Positions 54,116 to 64,000 of a stretch of DNA of 64,000 nt are shown piece after piece. This stretch comes from Acidobacteriota bacterium (GTDB lineage Bacteria; Acidobacteriota; UBA6911), in NCBI GenBank assembly GCA_963664705.1, contig OY761556.1, positions 3,904,001 to 3,968,000 of the forward strand. The letters run 5' to 3'. The notes beneath the pieces are model-generated. The model ran no database searches. It was given only the letters and a program-made list of their open reading frames with translations, and was not told the DNA's origin. Every line of letters starts with the position of its first letter. The first letter of the stretch is position 1. The translations under genes and the position numbers were made by a program.

Positions 54116-55282
54116 TTACGACAGATCGATATCCGCGTAAATGGGCAGATGATCGGATATTCGGTCTGGGCCATAATTTACCCCATTTACCACTCCAGGA
54201 TTTGTCGAAAGCTCGCCAGCCTGCCGATCGCGAATCTCTCCGCCGCGCAATGCCTGGACGTTCTTTCCGAACATCCAATCCAGCTTAAAACACAAATAGC
54301 CCCGATAGGCTTCCAGTCTTCTCCTGATAAATCGTAGCAGAGAATCAGGAAGATGGGCCGACTCTTCCAGGGAATCCATCATGGAGCGCGCTGTCTCGTC
54401 ATTGGAGTTCAGCCCGGCCCAGCAGAACCCATCCTGTTGCACGGCCGTGAACAGCGGTTCGCATCCGGCTTCGGGATGGAGCAACTCAGTTTTTACTTTC
54501 TCGGGCGAACTGCAAAGCAACCGCAGGACCGATTTCGCAGTTCTCCATTTTGTGCCCCGCCCGAAGGTGTTCCCATTAAGATCGCCCGCCAAAATGGCAG
54601 CCGCTTTTCCTGAAAATGGAAGTCTCCGCAGGATATGTTGCATCTGGCGGCAACGACATTGCGGTGTATTGCGCAGCTCAAGATGCACCGCCCCCACCCA
54701 GAGATCTGAAGTACCAAGCTGCAGCCGAACCCAAAGACAGTTGCGCCAACCAAACCGTTTTTCCTTGAACTCATAGGGCTCAAAAGTAACCGGCAGCGGA
54801 ACAACGCATTTATCAATGATAGGATAGCGGCTCAGAATCGCGTTCCCCTGAAGGCCCTCGCGATTCTCTCCCTGCGCGGTCAAATCATCGTCGACACCCT
54901 TGGTAAGCTCATAGTATGCAGGACCAAAGACCGCGTGCATCCCCAGTCCTTCCGCCAGATCCCGCGCCACATTTCGATTCCCGGACCGAGCCATTCCCAG
55001 ATCCGCTTCATTCAGGACGATCACATCCGCCCATTTCAGAATTTCGTGGTTTTGGAATTTCTCGAGAATCCGCGTGAAGTTTTTCCCCTTTTCAATATTC
55101 CATTGGGCAATTCGAAGGAATGACCGCAGCCGCGGCTGTATATTCTCGTGGAAAAAAACCTGCGGAGTCTCCAGATAGGATTCAAGCGCCTCGCCATGTT
55201 CAGCGAAAAAACTCGAATTCCTGAGTTCATCCAGGGTCGCGAATTTTTGCAGATTCCCGATCCAGGATGCTTGCCAGCCCAT
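54116..55282 (-). CDS. Endonuclease/exonuclease/phosphatase (EEP) family protein
   Basis: QWNIEKG, LNEAD, GNAILSRYP, VHLE, AGDLN, KLDW, SDHLP. Confidence 0.9.
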   Translation of the reverse strand: MGWQASWIGNLQKFATLDELRNSSFFAEHGEALESYLETPQVFFHENIQPRLRSFLRIAQWNIEKGKNFTRILEKFQNHEILKWADVIVLNEADLGMARSGNRNVARDLAEGLGMHAVFGPAYYELTKGVDDDLTAQGENREGLQGNAILSRYPIIDKCVVPLPVTFEPYEFKEKRFGWRNCLWVRLQLGTSDLWVGAVHLELRNTPQCRCRQMQHILRRLPFSGKAAAILAGDLNGNTFGRGTKWRTAKSVLRLLCSSPEKVKTELLHPEAGCEPLFTAVQQDGFCWAGLNSNDETARSMMDSLEESAHLPDSLLRFIRRRLEAYRGYLCFKLDWMFGKNVQALRGGEIRDRQAGELSTNPGVVNGVNYGPDRISDHLPIYADIDLS

Positions 55283-55324
55283 ATTCAGTTATCCGTTCCT
55301 CGAATCCTCACCCACCGAACTCTG

Positions 55325-56290
55325 TCATTTTGCCTTTGCCAGCGCCTTCATAAAGTCTGCATTCATAGCCTGAAAATCCTTCAGCGAAACAAGAAGACCT
55401 GGCCGGCGCAGCTCATCAAGTCCAACGGTATATTGTTCCGGATGAATAAAGTGATACACACGCAAGGATATCGATTCCCCAAACTCTGAAATTCCGACGG
55501 CACGATCGGTGATCGTCCTTCCAGCCACACTCCCTTTTTCGGGCGGCGGCGTTCGCTCCATCTTGTGGAAGCGAGGGAAGGCAGGCTCCAGATTTGCCCG
55601 AAGCTTCCCCACCAGCCTGTCCACTTCCTTTGCATGAGCCGCTGCGGCCGCATACGCCCGCAAACGCAGAGGCGGCTTCAAACCGGTATCGGTGGCCATC
55701 CGCACCAGATCAGGGATGTGTTTTGCATACCTTTCAAGCTCACTATTCCACGCCAGTATCTGTTCGGCATAGATACGAAGCCGCTGCTTCAACATCTCGT
55801 CCGGCGGAGGATATTTAAATGGGAAGTCCTCGTTGGTACTTGCACGATCGCGCGCGCGGGCGAAAGGGTCTCCAAGAAAAGACCGGAGTTCATAATTCTC
55901 CCACAGGCTTGCCGGCGGATCGTTATCCTTGTTTTTCTCTTTTTCCTCGTCCTTCCGGTCTACCCCTTTGCCCTCCTTTTGAGGATGATCCAGGTGCAGC
56001 TCAATCTCATAGGACGGACCCAGCGGTCGGAGCATATCCTGGAATCGCTCATAGCTTCTTTCATCCAGGATTGTCCCGTTTACGACCATTTGTTTTTCAT
56101 GGAAGACAAAAGCGGCCTCCAATCCCTGGCATAGATCGCTTTCATGGAAGCGCAGCCAGACATCCGCCAACTCACTTGCCGTGGTTCGATTGGGCACTCT
56201 ATCCAGGACATCGGAAGTACGGAACGCTGCGGATACAGCATCCGGGTATGCGGGGAGCGCTAGAAAAAACCAAAGAACCAAGCGATACAT
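55325..56290 (-). CDS. Hypothetical exported protein
   Basis: 321-aa ORF with a short signal-like N-terminus; no recognised family. Confidence 0.65.
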   Translation of the reverse strand: MYRLVLWFFLALPAYPDAVSAAFRTSDVLDRVPNRTTASELADVWLRFHESDLCQGLEAAFVFHEKQMVVNGTILDERSYERFQDMLRPLGPSYEIELHLDHPQKEGKGVDRKDEEKEKNKDNDPPASLWENYELRSFLGDPFARARDRASTNEDFPFKYPPPDEMLKQRLRIYAEQILAWNSELERYAKHIPDLVRMATDTGLKPPLRLRAYAAAAAHAKEVDRLVGKLRANLEPAFPRFHKMERTPPPEKGSVAGRTITDRAVGISEFGESISLRVYHFIHPEQYTVGLDELRRPGLLVSLKDFQAMNADFMKALAKAK

Positions 56291-56414
56291 TTTGTTCCTG
56301 ACTCTCCATCTCCGCTTTCAGGGTACGCGCCAGCTTTGGCTTTGTACAGGCACAGGCGCCATTCACAATAACGCAGAGCGCCCCATCGCGCCTGCCGGAA
56401 CATGGAGGAGGTTA

Positions 56415-57788
56415 CTATGTACGACTTTCGATCTCATAGGCGGCTTTATTCCGTATCGCGGTCAATTCGATACTTTTGGGAGCGGGTCCCACAAGGCACA
56501 CCTGGGCCGGCAACCGGACCAACTGATCCAGCATCGGCCGCAAAATCCCAGCGCTCGATGAATTGAAAATACGGAGGAGACTGTCAGCCGCAGCACTAAC
56601 GGCATCAAATAGATCCGGATATTCGGCCGGCACGCTGGCGTTCTCCGAAATCAGTTGCGCCAGTGCCGGCACAGAATCCGCCGATCCGATTTCTCCGAGG
56701 GAAATCGCGGCAAGCTTCACGGTTGATGCGTCATAATGAGACAGCATTTCCTCCAGTCCCGACCGCGAGTTTTCGCCTATGCTGACCAGCGCCTGCGCGG
56801 CAGACACCTGGACCACCGCAGTATGATCTTTGAGCGCAGCAAGCAAGGAAGGCACAGCGGCTTCAGCCATGAGAGACCCGAGAGCCCTGGCTGCCTGTGC
56901 ACGCATCTGCGTATCTTTGAATCCCATCGCAACTATAAGCGCGGGAACCGCGACCTGCCCTTCACGCACGGCTGCATCGAAATCGCCACGCAAGACGGCC
57001 GCTTCCGCCCGCTGTTCCGCATTTTCAGGTGACAGGACTATCGAGTTCAACGCAGAGGCCGCGGCATCCGCAACAGCCTTTCGGGCCGAAGCCATCGCGG
57101 ATCGAAGGCATGAGGCAGCCTGCAACCCTCCTATTCTTCCAAGGCCTTTGATAGCGGCAACCTGCACAGCTTCATTGGAATCGGATGCAGCCTTAACCAA
57201 AGCCTCCACTCCCTGTTCGGACTGCAGCAGGCCAAGCGCTTCCGCAGCAGCAAGACGCGTTTCATAATCTCTATTCGCGGTAGCCTTTGCCAATGCGCCG
57301 ACGGCGCGCGCCTCTCCGATCTGACCAAGCGATATCGCGGCCGCCTTCCTCACCTCTGAACGGCTGTCTTCCAGCTTTCCCGCGAGAGATTCAATGGCCG
57401 CAGCATCCTTTATCACTCCCAGGGTGATGGCTGCCCTGCGCCGCGTTTCCTTTTCTCCGGACTCAAGAGCCTGGATGAGCGGCTGGACGGCTGCCGTTCC
57501 CACGGAGGCCAATGCTCGCCCGATCGCTTCATGTTCAGCCGCCAGTCCGGTATCGGTATTTTTGATGGATCGGCTGAGCGCACTCACGAGAGGGTCGGCG
57601 GAGGCAGGGTGACCGATGGTTTCCAGGGCGTTGATCGCCGCGAGACGCACATCGGCATTTTCATCCTGAAGGAGTTCCACAAGAGCCGGAACAGCCTTCC
57701 GGTTTTTGTCAGCACCCAGACTCCTGACCGTCTTTATCCGGATGTCGGGATCAGGGGATTTCAGCTGCCGCAATGTCCACCAGAGCAT
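56415..57788 (-). CDS. HEAT/PBS-lyase repeat protein
   Basis: Many repeats of the form A(V/I)xxL...D...VRxAAxxALG. Confidence 0.88.
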   Translation of the reverse strand: MLWWTLRQLKSPDPDIRIKTVRSLGADKNRKAVPALVELLQDENADVRLAAINALETIGHPASADPLVSALSRSIKNTDTGLAAEHEAIGRALASVGTAAVQPLIQALESGEKETRRRAAITLGVIKDAAAIESLAGKLEDSRSEVRKAAAISLGQIGEARAVGALAKATANRDYETRLAAAEALGLLQSEQGVEALVKAASDSNEAVQVAAIKGLGRIGGLQAASCLRSAMASARKAVADAAASALNSIVLSPENAEQRAEAAVLRGDFDAAVREGQVAVPALIVAMGFKDTQMRAQAARALGSLMAEAAVPSLLAALKDHTAVVQVSAAQALVSIGENSRSGLEEMLSHYDASTVKLAAISLGEIGSADSVPALAQLISENASVPAEYPDLFDAVSAAADSLLRIFNSSSAGILRPMLDQLVRLPAQVCLVGPAPKSIELTAIRNKAAYEIESRT

Positions 57789-57809
57789 TATTTCGTCCCC
57801 GGCTGAAAA

Positions 57810-57903
57810 AATTACGAATTACGAATTACGAATTACGAATTACGAATTGCGAATTACGAATTACGAATTGAAAGCGCATTGTGCAGTCATTCGTAATTCG
57901 TAA
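57810..57903. repeat. Heptamer tandem array (AATTACG)x8 plus inverted copies
   Basis: 57810-57865: eight units, one variant AATTGCG; ATTCGTAATTCGTAA at 57889-57903 is the reverse complement. Confidence 0.95.
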
Positions 57904-57909
57904 CTATGG

Positions 57910-59349
57910 CTAATAGGCTTTTGCAAAGATCCCTTTTTCATTTGCAGGCTGTCCGCAAAAGATGCAGGTACCCTTTTCGTTTGGTTGCTCCAGAGGAATA
58001 CAGCGCAAGGTTGCTTTTGTGGCTTCCTTGATCGATTGTTCGCATTTTGCACTGCCGCACCAGTAAGAAGAGGCAAAGCCTTTTTCAACAACCGACTGGA
58101 ACTCCTCATAATTTTTGGGATCCGCTGTGTTTGCATTGCGGAAATTCAGGGCGCGCTCCAACAGGGCTTTCTGGATTATTTCCAGTGTCTGTTTCACAGC
58201 TTCGGTTAAACCCGCCTGGGCTACAAAGGATTTCCCTTCTTTGCCCGGCTTATCGCGCCGCGCCAGAACCACGGTCTCCTTCTGAACGTCCTTGGGCCCT
58301 ATCTCGATACGCAGGGGGACGCCGCGCATCTCCCAGTCATTGAACCTGAAGCCGGGAGTAAGCCCCTCGCGCTCGTCGAGCACAACTCGAATACCCGAAG
58401 CCACAAGCTCATTCCGAACAGCCCGGGCCGTTTCGGTAACCTTGCTTTTCTCTTCGTCTGTCTTGAAGATCGGAACAATCACAACCTGATGGGGTGCCAG
58501 GCGTGGCGGCAGAATCAAACCCTGATCATCGCCATGGACCATAATGATGGCGCCGATAAACCTGGTGGACAAGCCCCAGGAGGTAGTCCAGCAATGCTGC
58601 AGAACTCCGCTTTTGTCGAGGTATTGAATGTCGAAGGCTTTGGCAAAATTCTGCCCCAGGTTGTGCGATGTACCGGACTGCAGGGCTTTCCCATCCCCCA
58701 TCATCGCCTCAATCGAGTATGTCTCGTTGGCTCCGGCAAACCTCTCGGAAGCTGATTTCCGCCCGGGTATTACCGGGATGGCGGCTTCATTGAAGGCAAA
58801 ATCCTGGTAGACACCGAGCATCTGGCGGGTTTCCGCCTCAGCCTCTTCCGCCGTTGCATGCGCTGTATGCCCTTCCTGCCAGAAGAACTCCAGGGTGCGC
58901 AGGAAAAGCTTTGTTCTCAATTCCCACCGCACTACGCTGTTCCACTGATTGATCAGAAGCGGGAGATCTCTGTAGGACTGAATCCACTTGGAGAAGGAAT
59001 GTCCGATGATCGTCTCTGAAGTCGGACGCACAACAAGCGGCTCTTCCAATTCCTCTCCGCCGCCGTGCGTAACCACTGCCAGCTCCGGAGAGAAACCTTC
59101 GACATGCGATTTCTCCTTATCGATAAAGCTGCGCGGAATGAGAAGCGGGAATGCAGCGTTGACGTGACCCGTTGCTTTGAAGGCGCGATCCAGATACTGC
59201 TGAATATTTTCCCACAGGGCCCAGCCATACGGCCGGACAATCATGCAACCGCGCACTGGAGCATAATCAGCAAGCTTCGCCTGGATTACAAGCTGGTTGT
59301 ACCACTCCGAGAAATCTTCAGAACGGGACGGAAGTTTGAGTTCAGACAT
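57910..59349 (-). CDS. proS: Proline--tRNA ligase (archaeal/eukaryote-like type)
   Basis: FSEWY, VRPTSET, FLRTLEFFWQEGHT, TSHNLGQNF, SWGLSTR, C-terminal FAKAY. Confidence 0.97.
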   Translation of the reverse strand: MSELKLPSRSEDFSEWYNQLVIQAKLADYAPVRGCMIVRPYGWALWENIQQYLDRAFKATGHVNAAFPLLIPRSFIDKEKSHVEGFSPELAVVTHGGGEELEEPLVVRPTSETIIGHSFSKWIQSYRDLPLLINQWNSVVRWELRTKLFLRTLEFFWQEGHTAHATAEEAEAETRQMLGVYQDFAFNEAAIPVIPGRKSASERFAGANETYSIEAMMGDGKALQSGTSHNLGQNFAKAFDIQYLDKSGVLQHCWTTSWGLSTRFIGAIIMVHGDDQGLILPPRLAPHQVVIVPIFKTDEEKSKVTETARAVRNELVASGIRVVLDEREGLTPGFRFNDWEMRGVPLRIEIGPKDVQKETVVLARRDKPGKEGKSFVAQAGLTEAVKQTLEIIQKALLERALNFRNANTADPKNYEEFQSVVEKGFASSYWCGSAKCEQSIKEATKATLRCIPLEQPNEKGTCIFCGQPANEKGIFAKAY

Positions 59350-59617
59350 GTCGGCATCACCCTCTTCTTTAATAGTATCCTGCAGTAAAATCGAAGGCTA
59401 GAAGCCTATAAGAGCAATCGGCCGGTGTCAATGCTTAGTGGTTCCAGTCCTGCATCCGAATTCAGCAACCGGCGATCCTCGGTCTTTCTCTTTTGTAATC
59501 AACTACTCCAGCCGATAAGAAGCCAATCTGCCGATCGGGCCAAATTGCCGGAGCTGCATGGAACTGCTATAGTTTTTACCTGCCGCCAGTAATCAGCAGG
59601 GATGGAGGAATTGGGCA

Positions 59618-60424
59618 TTGAGTTTTGTGGAGAAATCGGGGAAACGCTGGCGGAAAGCAGAACTGCATGCGCACTGCAGCCTGGACCCGGCCGATTACCG
59701 TTTCTGCGGGCATACTCCACACCAACTCCTCTCCCACGCGGCCAGGCTGGGATACGAGATCCTATCGATTACCTGCCACAATAAAGACGTGTGGACCGAA
59801 GAACTCTCTGATTATGCCCAGGGCCTGGGCATTACGCTGATCCCTGGGATGGAGGTCACGGCAGAACGCACGCGGCATACACTCGTCTACAATTTTCATG
59901 CAAAGGCGGAAGAGCTCAATACGCTAGGGAAGATACGCGCACGATCCAGGGAGGATACGATGGTTATCGCGCCGCATCCGTTTTTCCCGGGAAGCATCTG
60001 CCTGCGAGGATTGCTGGAAAGAAACCTCGATCTTTTTGATGCCATTGAATGTTCCGGATTCCAGATCCGCGGCCTTGATTTCAACCGGCGCGCGGAGGCC
60101 CTTGCCGCCAGGACCGGCAAACCGCTGGTGGGCAACGGAGACGTCCATTATTTGTGGCAACTCGGACGCACCTTCACCTGGATTTATTCAGAACCCGGAG
60201 TGAGGTCTATTGCGCAGGCGGTCAAGCAAGGGCTTGTACGGATGGAAAAATCGCCGATAACGGTATATGAGGCGGCAAAGTGGTGGGCTGCTTCGCTCTG
60301 GAAATGTGCATTCCCGATCAACGCGGAAACAGGCAAATCCCCGGCCGGCAGCCGGAACCCCGTCTCAGATAAAATCGAAAACGGAAGATGCTTTGGATCC
60401 GCGCAGGAGGGCATGAAGCCTTAG
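59618..60424 (+). CDS. PHP domain protein
   Basis: ELHAHC, ITCHN, PGMEV, APHP, GNGDVH; TTG start with GGAGGA; 3' end overlaps the convergent gene by 60 bp. Confidence 0.85.
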   Translation: MSFVEKSGKRWRKAELHAHCSLDPADYRFCGHTPHQLLSHAARLGYEILSITCHNKDVWTEELSDYAQGLGITLIPGMEVTAERTRHTLVYNFHAKAEELNTLGKIRARSREDTMVIAPHPFFPGSICLRGLLERNLDLFDAIECSGFQIRGLDFNRRAEALAARTGKPLVGNGDVHYLWQLGRTFTWIYSEPGVRSIAQAVKQGLVRMEKSPITVYEAAKWWAASLWKCAFPINAETGKSPAGSRNPVSDKIENGRCFGSAQEGMKP

Positions 60425-61768
60425 CGCGTCCATATCTGTCAAGAGTGCCAGGAAATTGCACACAGCGCGACCTGCCTCCATTTGCCCTCCCCCGAAGCAC
60501 TCTTCAATGATCGGTCGATAGTATCGGGGAAACAGCGCCACGCTCTCCTTCTCCAGGACTTCCTGCATGAGCAGTTGGAATAAATCCCTTAACACTTCTC
60601 TTCCCTTGGTGCTCATGGCGGCAACCCGAGGGTCGGTAATCACTGCTTCCCAGATCACGGACTTGCAGAGCAGCGACAAAATTCTCGCTTCGCCCGGAAC
60701 ATTCAATTGCCACGAAAAATCCGCACGATGGCTGCCGCTGCAGGCCTCCACGGATACAGACGTTATCAGATCGTTTAGGATATTGCGCATGGCAGCTTTG
60801 CGCTGTGCCCGCTCATCTCCCTGATCCGAGGGAAGAATCCTGCGTTTCAAATCAGCCAGGCAATCGCGCACTTCCACGATCGACAACGTCGGAGCTTCTT
60901 CGTCTTCACGCGCTTCCTCATAGTGAGCATGCACTCGACGCGTAAAACGAACCTGGTCGAGGTCCCCCGGGTGCAGGAACTGCGCCTGAAGGGCATCTTC
61001 GACATCATGCACGGAATAGGCGCAATCATCAGCCCAGTCCAGGATCTGGCAGGCTATGGAGGTCTTGGGGATGAGGTTTTTCTTTTTGGATTTGACCTTG
61101 AGAATCGGGCTTCCTTTGTCCAGGGCCCAACGGGCGGAAGGCATGTCAGAAGCAAAAATAAACTTGTTGTTTCGCGGTTCCTGCTCATACGGGTACTTCA
61201 GGACACCGGCTAATGTGGCCCGAGTCAGATTTAGCCCGGGATATGAAGGGGACTTCGGTTCTGCAGCGACCAGAATATGGAAGGTCTGCGCATTCCCTTC
61301 AAATCGGAGAGCCCTTTTGCCCGTGAGTCTGGCCCGCTGACTGACCTCCCGCATACACGCATCCAGCGTCTGTTCACCGGCATGACCAAATGGAGGGTGC
61401 CCCAAATCATGCGCAAGCGCCGCCGCCTCCGCCAACTCTGGAACAAGGCAACGCTGGAGCAGCGGTTGTTCGAAGATCAGGTTTTGGGCTATTGCCCGCG
61501 CGATCTGTGCCGCCTCGAAACTATGAGTCAAACGCGTACGATAGAAATCCGCCTGCCCGATACCAAAAACCTGCGTTTTTCCCTGGAGCCGGCGGAAGGC
61601 GGCGCTGTGTAAAATCCTGTCCCGGTCTCTTTCGGTCGCATGCCGATGGTCTTTCGGCGAGGCAGGCGCTTCCGGATATTTTCGCTCCAGCAGAAAGTCA
61701 TCCATTGTGAGTTCCCGGTTCATCGCTCCCAGTTCCCGGTTTTCCATAAGATCCTTTATAAGATCCAC
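60365..61768 (-). CDS. dgt: dNTP triphosphohydrolase (dGTPase, HD domain); start uncertain
   Basis: RDRDRILHSAAFRRLQGKTQV, RTRLTHS, HDLGHPPFGHAGE, FEGNAQ, ADDCAY. Confidence 0.9.
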   Translation of the reverse strand: MDLIKDLMENRELGAMNRELTMDDFLLERKYPEAPASPKDHRHATERDRDRILHSAAFRRLQGKTQVFGIGQADFYRTRLTHSFEAAQIARAIAQNLIFEQPLLQRCLVPELAEAAALAHDLGHPPFGHAGEQTLDACMREVSQRARLTGKRALRFEGNAQTFHILVAAEPKSPSYPGLNLTRATLAGVLKYPYEQEPRNNKFIFASDMPSARWALDKGSPILKVKSKKKNLIPKTSIACQILDWADDCAYSVHDVEDALQAQFLHPGDLDQVRFTRRVHAHYEEAREDEEAPTLSIVEVRDCLADLKRRILPSDQGDERAQRKAAMRNILNDLITSVSVEACSGSHRADFSWQLNVPGEARILSLLCKSVIWEAVITDPRVAAMSTKGREVLRDLFQLLMQEVLEKESVALFPRYYRPIIEECFGGGQMEAGRAVCNFLALLTDMDALRLHALLRGSKASSVFDFI

Positions 61769-61799
61769 AATGCAAAACCGGAAACAGTCCGGCGAGAAA

Positions 61800-62630
61800 C
61801 TACAGTCTATGAAGTCTTGTCAGCTCGGTTTTCAAGTATTCAAAAGCTTGATGAGGGTCGTCACAGAAATGAACCAGATTGCGATCTTCCGGAGAAACGG
61901 TTCCCCATCGAACCATCGAATCAAAGTTGAGCACCTCGTTCCAGTATTCTGATCCATAGATGAGGACTGGCATCTGCTTATGAGTCTTCTTGGTCTGAAC
62001 CAGCGTCAGTACTTCGAAAGCCTCATCCAAAGTGCCAAACCCGCCCGGGAAAATAACCAGGGCCTTTGCCGGATAAACGAACCAGAATTTGCGCATAAAG
62101 AAATAGTGGAATTCGAAGGCTAGCTCTTCCGGGACAAATTGATTGATCTTCTGCTCCATCGGAAGGCTGATCGAAAACCCTATCGACTGACCGCCAGCCT
62201 CCTGAGCACCACGGTTTGCTGCTTCCATGATTCCCGGCCCTCCGCCGGAACAGATCATGAGGCGCTTGGCTCCGCCATCCAGAGTCTTTGCCCAGCTGAC
62301 AATCAGTTGAGCCAGTGTTGCGGCATCCTCATAATAGCGTGACAGCAATACAGACTTCTCCGCCCTTTCCATTTCCTCGGGCGCAGGTCGGGTATTGCCC
62401 TGCGGGGCATTCAGCTGCGCTCGCAAGTCATCCAGATGCCGCTGAGATTGCTCCCGGGGAAGTATCCTCGCCGATCCGAAAAACACGATTGTGTCCTTTA
62501 CGTGCTGCCACTTCAGACGGCTCGCCGGTTCAAGATATTCGCTGAGGATTCGAACAAGACGTGCATCTTTGCCATGCAGGAAACCCGGGTTCTGATATGC
62601 TTTTACAGGCAATTTGCGTGTCTCGCTCAT
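61800..62630 (-). CDS. LOG family (TIGR00730-like) protein
   Basis: [38 protein letters not shown]. Confidence 0.92.
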   Translation of the reverse strand: MSETRKLPVKAYQNPGFLHGKDARLVRILSEYLEPASRLKWQHVKDTIVFFGSARILPREQSQRHLDDLRAQLNAPQGNTRPAPEEMERAEKSVLLSRYYEDAATLAQLIVSWAKTLDGGAKRLMICSGGGPGIMEAANRGAQEAGGQSIGFSISLPMEQKINQFVPEELAFEFHYFFMRKFWFVYPAKALVIFPGGFGTLDEAFEVLTLVQTKKTHKQMPVLIYGSEYWNEVLNFDSMVRWGTVSPEDRNLVHFCDDPHQAFEYLKTELTRLHRL

Positions 62631-62686
62631 TCTATTCCTCTCCATACCCGGAAGTGAGTCTACCGGAAAAAACTGCAGCTCGGATC

Positions 62687-63466
62687 TCAAACAACAGCAT
62701 GGTGATTCACCGGACCGGATCCCTTGCCCAACCCGGGATTTGTTTCGATGGCCTTCGTTACAAACCTCTTACCGATTTCAACTGCATCCCGAAGGGTCAG
62801 CCCTTTGGCCAGTTCAGCCGTAATGCATGCGGAAAATGTGCACCCGGTCCCATGCGTATGCGGAGTGAATACCCGGGCAGATCGATACAAAGAAAACTCA
62901 CCCTCCGCGTAGAGTACATCAATAGCATCCGATTCCAGATGCCCACCTTTGACCAGCACCGCGCGAGCGCCTTTGTCGGCTATTCGCCTGGCAGCTTCTT
63001 TCATGCTTTCAAGATCAGATACCGCAATGCCCGCGAGTTCACCGGCCTCAAACAAGTTCGGAGTAACAAGCGAGGCACAGGGCAGCAATAGACTGGCAAA
63101 CGCCGATCTCGCCCGCTCCGCCATCAGAGGTTGCCCGTGCTTGCTGATCATGACAGGATCCACAACCAGCGGGAATGAAAAGCTGCGCGCTTTGTGCGCA
63201 AGAAGCTCTACAACCTCCGGACCGCCCAAAGCTCCTGTCTTGGCTGCCCCGGGAGGCACGTCTTCCAGCACCGCGTCCAACTGCTCTTCAATAAGCCTGG
63301 GAGATAATACTTCGACGCAAGAAACGCGCAAGGTATTCTGCACGGTGATCAATGTAAGGACGCTTGTCCCATACACCCCTCTCTGGTGAAAGGTCTTCAG
63401 GTCGGCCTGTATTCCGGCACCTCCGGAGGGATCAGAACCTGCAATGGTTAAAGCGGTGAAGGTCAT
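62687..63466 (-). CDS. thiD: Hydroxymethylpyrimidine/phosphomethylpyrimidine kinase
   Basis: [41 protein letters not shown]. Confidence 0.95.
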   Translation of the reverse strand: MTFTALTIAGSDPSGGAGIQADLKTFHQRGVYGTSVLTLITVQNTLRVSCVEVLSPRLIEEQLDAVLEDVPPGAAKTGALGGPEVVELLAHKARSFSFPLVVDPVMISKHGQPLMAERARSAFASLLLPCASLVTPNLFEAGELAGIAVSDLESMKEAARRIADKGARAVLVKGGHLESDAIDVLYAEGEFSLYRSARVFTPHTHGTGCTFSACITAELAKGLTLRDAVEIGKRFVTKAIETNPGLGKGSGPVNHHAVV

Positions 63467-63555
63467 GGGATGTAACCGTTGTCGGTTTAAAGGTTTTTCT
63501 ACCCCTTTGCGAACGGGCAAATTCTATCAAAAACCGGCAGCAATGCTGTAATTTC

Positions 63556-63596
63556 TTGACATTTAATTCAAACGCATGATTAGATCATACGTATGA
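63556..63596 (+). promoter_or_regulatory. Promoter with tandem TetR-type operators
   Basis: TTGACA at 63556; TCAAACGCATGA (63568-63579) and the perfect palindrome TCATACGTATGA (63585-63596) overlapping the ATG. Confidence 0.6.
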
Positions 63597-64000
63597 ATGA
63601 AACGAAGCAAAAAATCCTGGATACGGCTGAACGGTTGTTCGCCGAGAATGGATATTCGGCCACATCGCTGCGTCATATCATTGCCGAGGCGGGGGTGAAT
63701 CTGGCTGCCATCCATTATCACTTCGGCTCGAAGCAGGATTTGCTGGATCAGCTGGTGCTTAGAAAAGCAGGTCCCCTGAACGAACGACGGCTAAAGCTCC
63801 TTGACCAGTTTGAGACAGAGGCGGCTCCGGCCCCGCCCTCCGTTGAAAAGATAATGGAAGCCCTGATCGCGCCGGCCATATTGATGGAAAAAAGCCCCGA
63901 ATTCGTAAAGCTTACGGGAAGAATGATATCGGACGGGATGATGCCCGAAATCGCGCAGCGCCACTTTCTACCGATGATTACGCGCTTTATGTCAGCACTC
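63593..64000 (+). CDS. TetR/AcrR family transcriptional regulator (partial)
   Basis: Manual translation MNETKQKILDTAERLFAENGYSATSLRHIIAEAGVNLAAIHYHFGSKQDL; runs off the window. Confidence 0.93.
   Translation, partial: MNETKQKILDTAERLFAENGYSATSLRHIIAEAGVNLAAIHYHFGSKQDLLDQLVLRKAGPLNERRLKLLDQFETEAAPAPPSVEKIMEALIAPAILMEKSPEFVKLTGRMISDGMMPEIAQRHFLPMITRFMSAL

Noticed and set aside
57706-57903. ORF with ITNYELR repeats, or a CRISPR-like array
   Set aside because: It is a translation of the 7-bp tandem repeat; there are no spacers, the unit is too short, and no cas genes are present.
60365-61768. dGTPase as an anti-phage system
   Set aside because: It sits in a housekeeping run (thiD-LOG-dgt) with no defence-island context.
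1-64000. Prophage, IS, integron or rRNA
   Set aside because: No integrase, transposase, phage structural or rRNA-like sequence was recognised.

Overview
Gene-dense, roughly 50-55% GC (estimated by eye) bacterial chromosomal segment with about 60 CDS and one tRNA-Cys(GCA). The small zinc-ribbon protein, the PilZ protein style and hpnH suggest Acidobacteriota; this is inference, not a database result. Housekeeping genes include a serA-like dehydrogenase (partial), leuS, proS, ilvN-ilvB, tpx, mutY, hemE, thiD, a dGTPase and the prkA-yeaH-spoVR triad. I saw no CRISPR array, integrase, transposase or prophage. The most unusual items are: (1) a cysteine synthase fused to a CysRS-like domain whose HIGH motif has degenerated; (2) a DedA domain fused to an MprF-type aminoacyl-phosphatidylglycerol synthase, co-encoded with an AcvB/VirJ-like hydrolase; (3) an export-like operon next to tRNA-Cys with three different membrane-fusion proteins, one MacB-type permease, no ATPase or TolC, and a secreted pseudo-metallopeptidase with a Gly/Gln-rich insert; (4) a possible C-terminal selenocysteine in an FmdB-type zinc-ribbon protein; (5) a clear leader-peptide attenuator upstream of ilvNB; (6) a secreted alpha/beta-hydrolase lacking its catalytic triad; (7) a heptamer tandem array and a small dispersed palindromic repeat family. 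All family calls come from motif recognition by eye.
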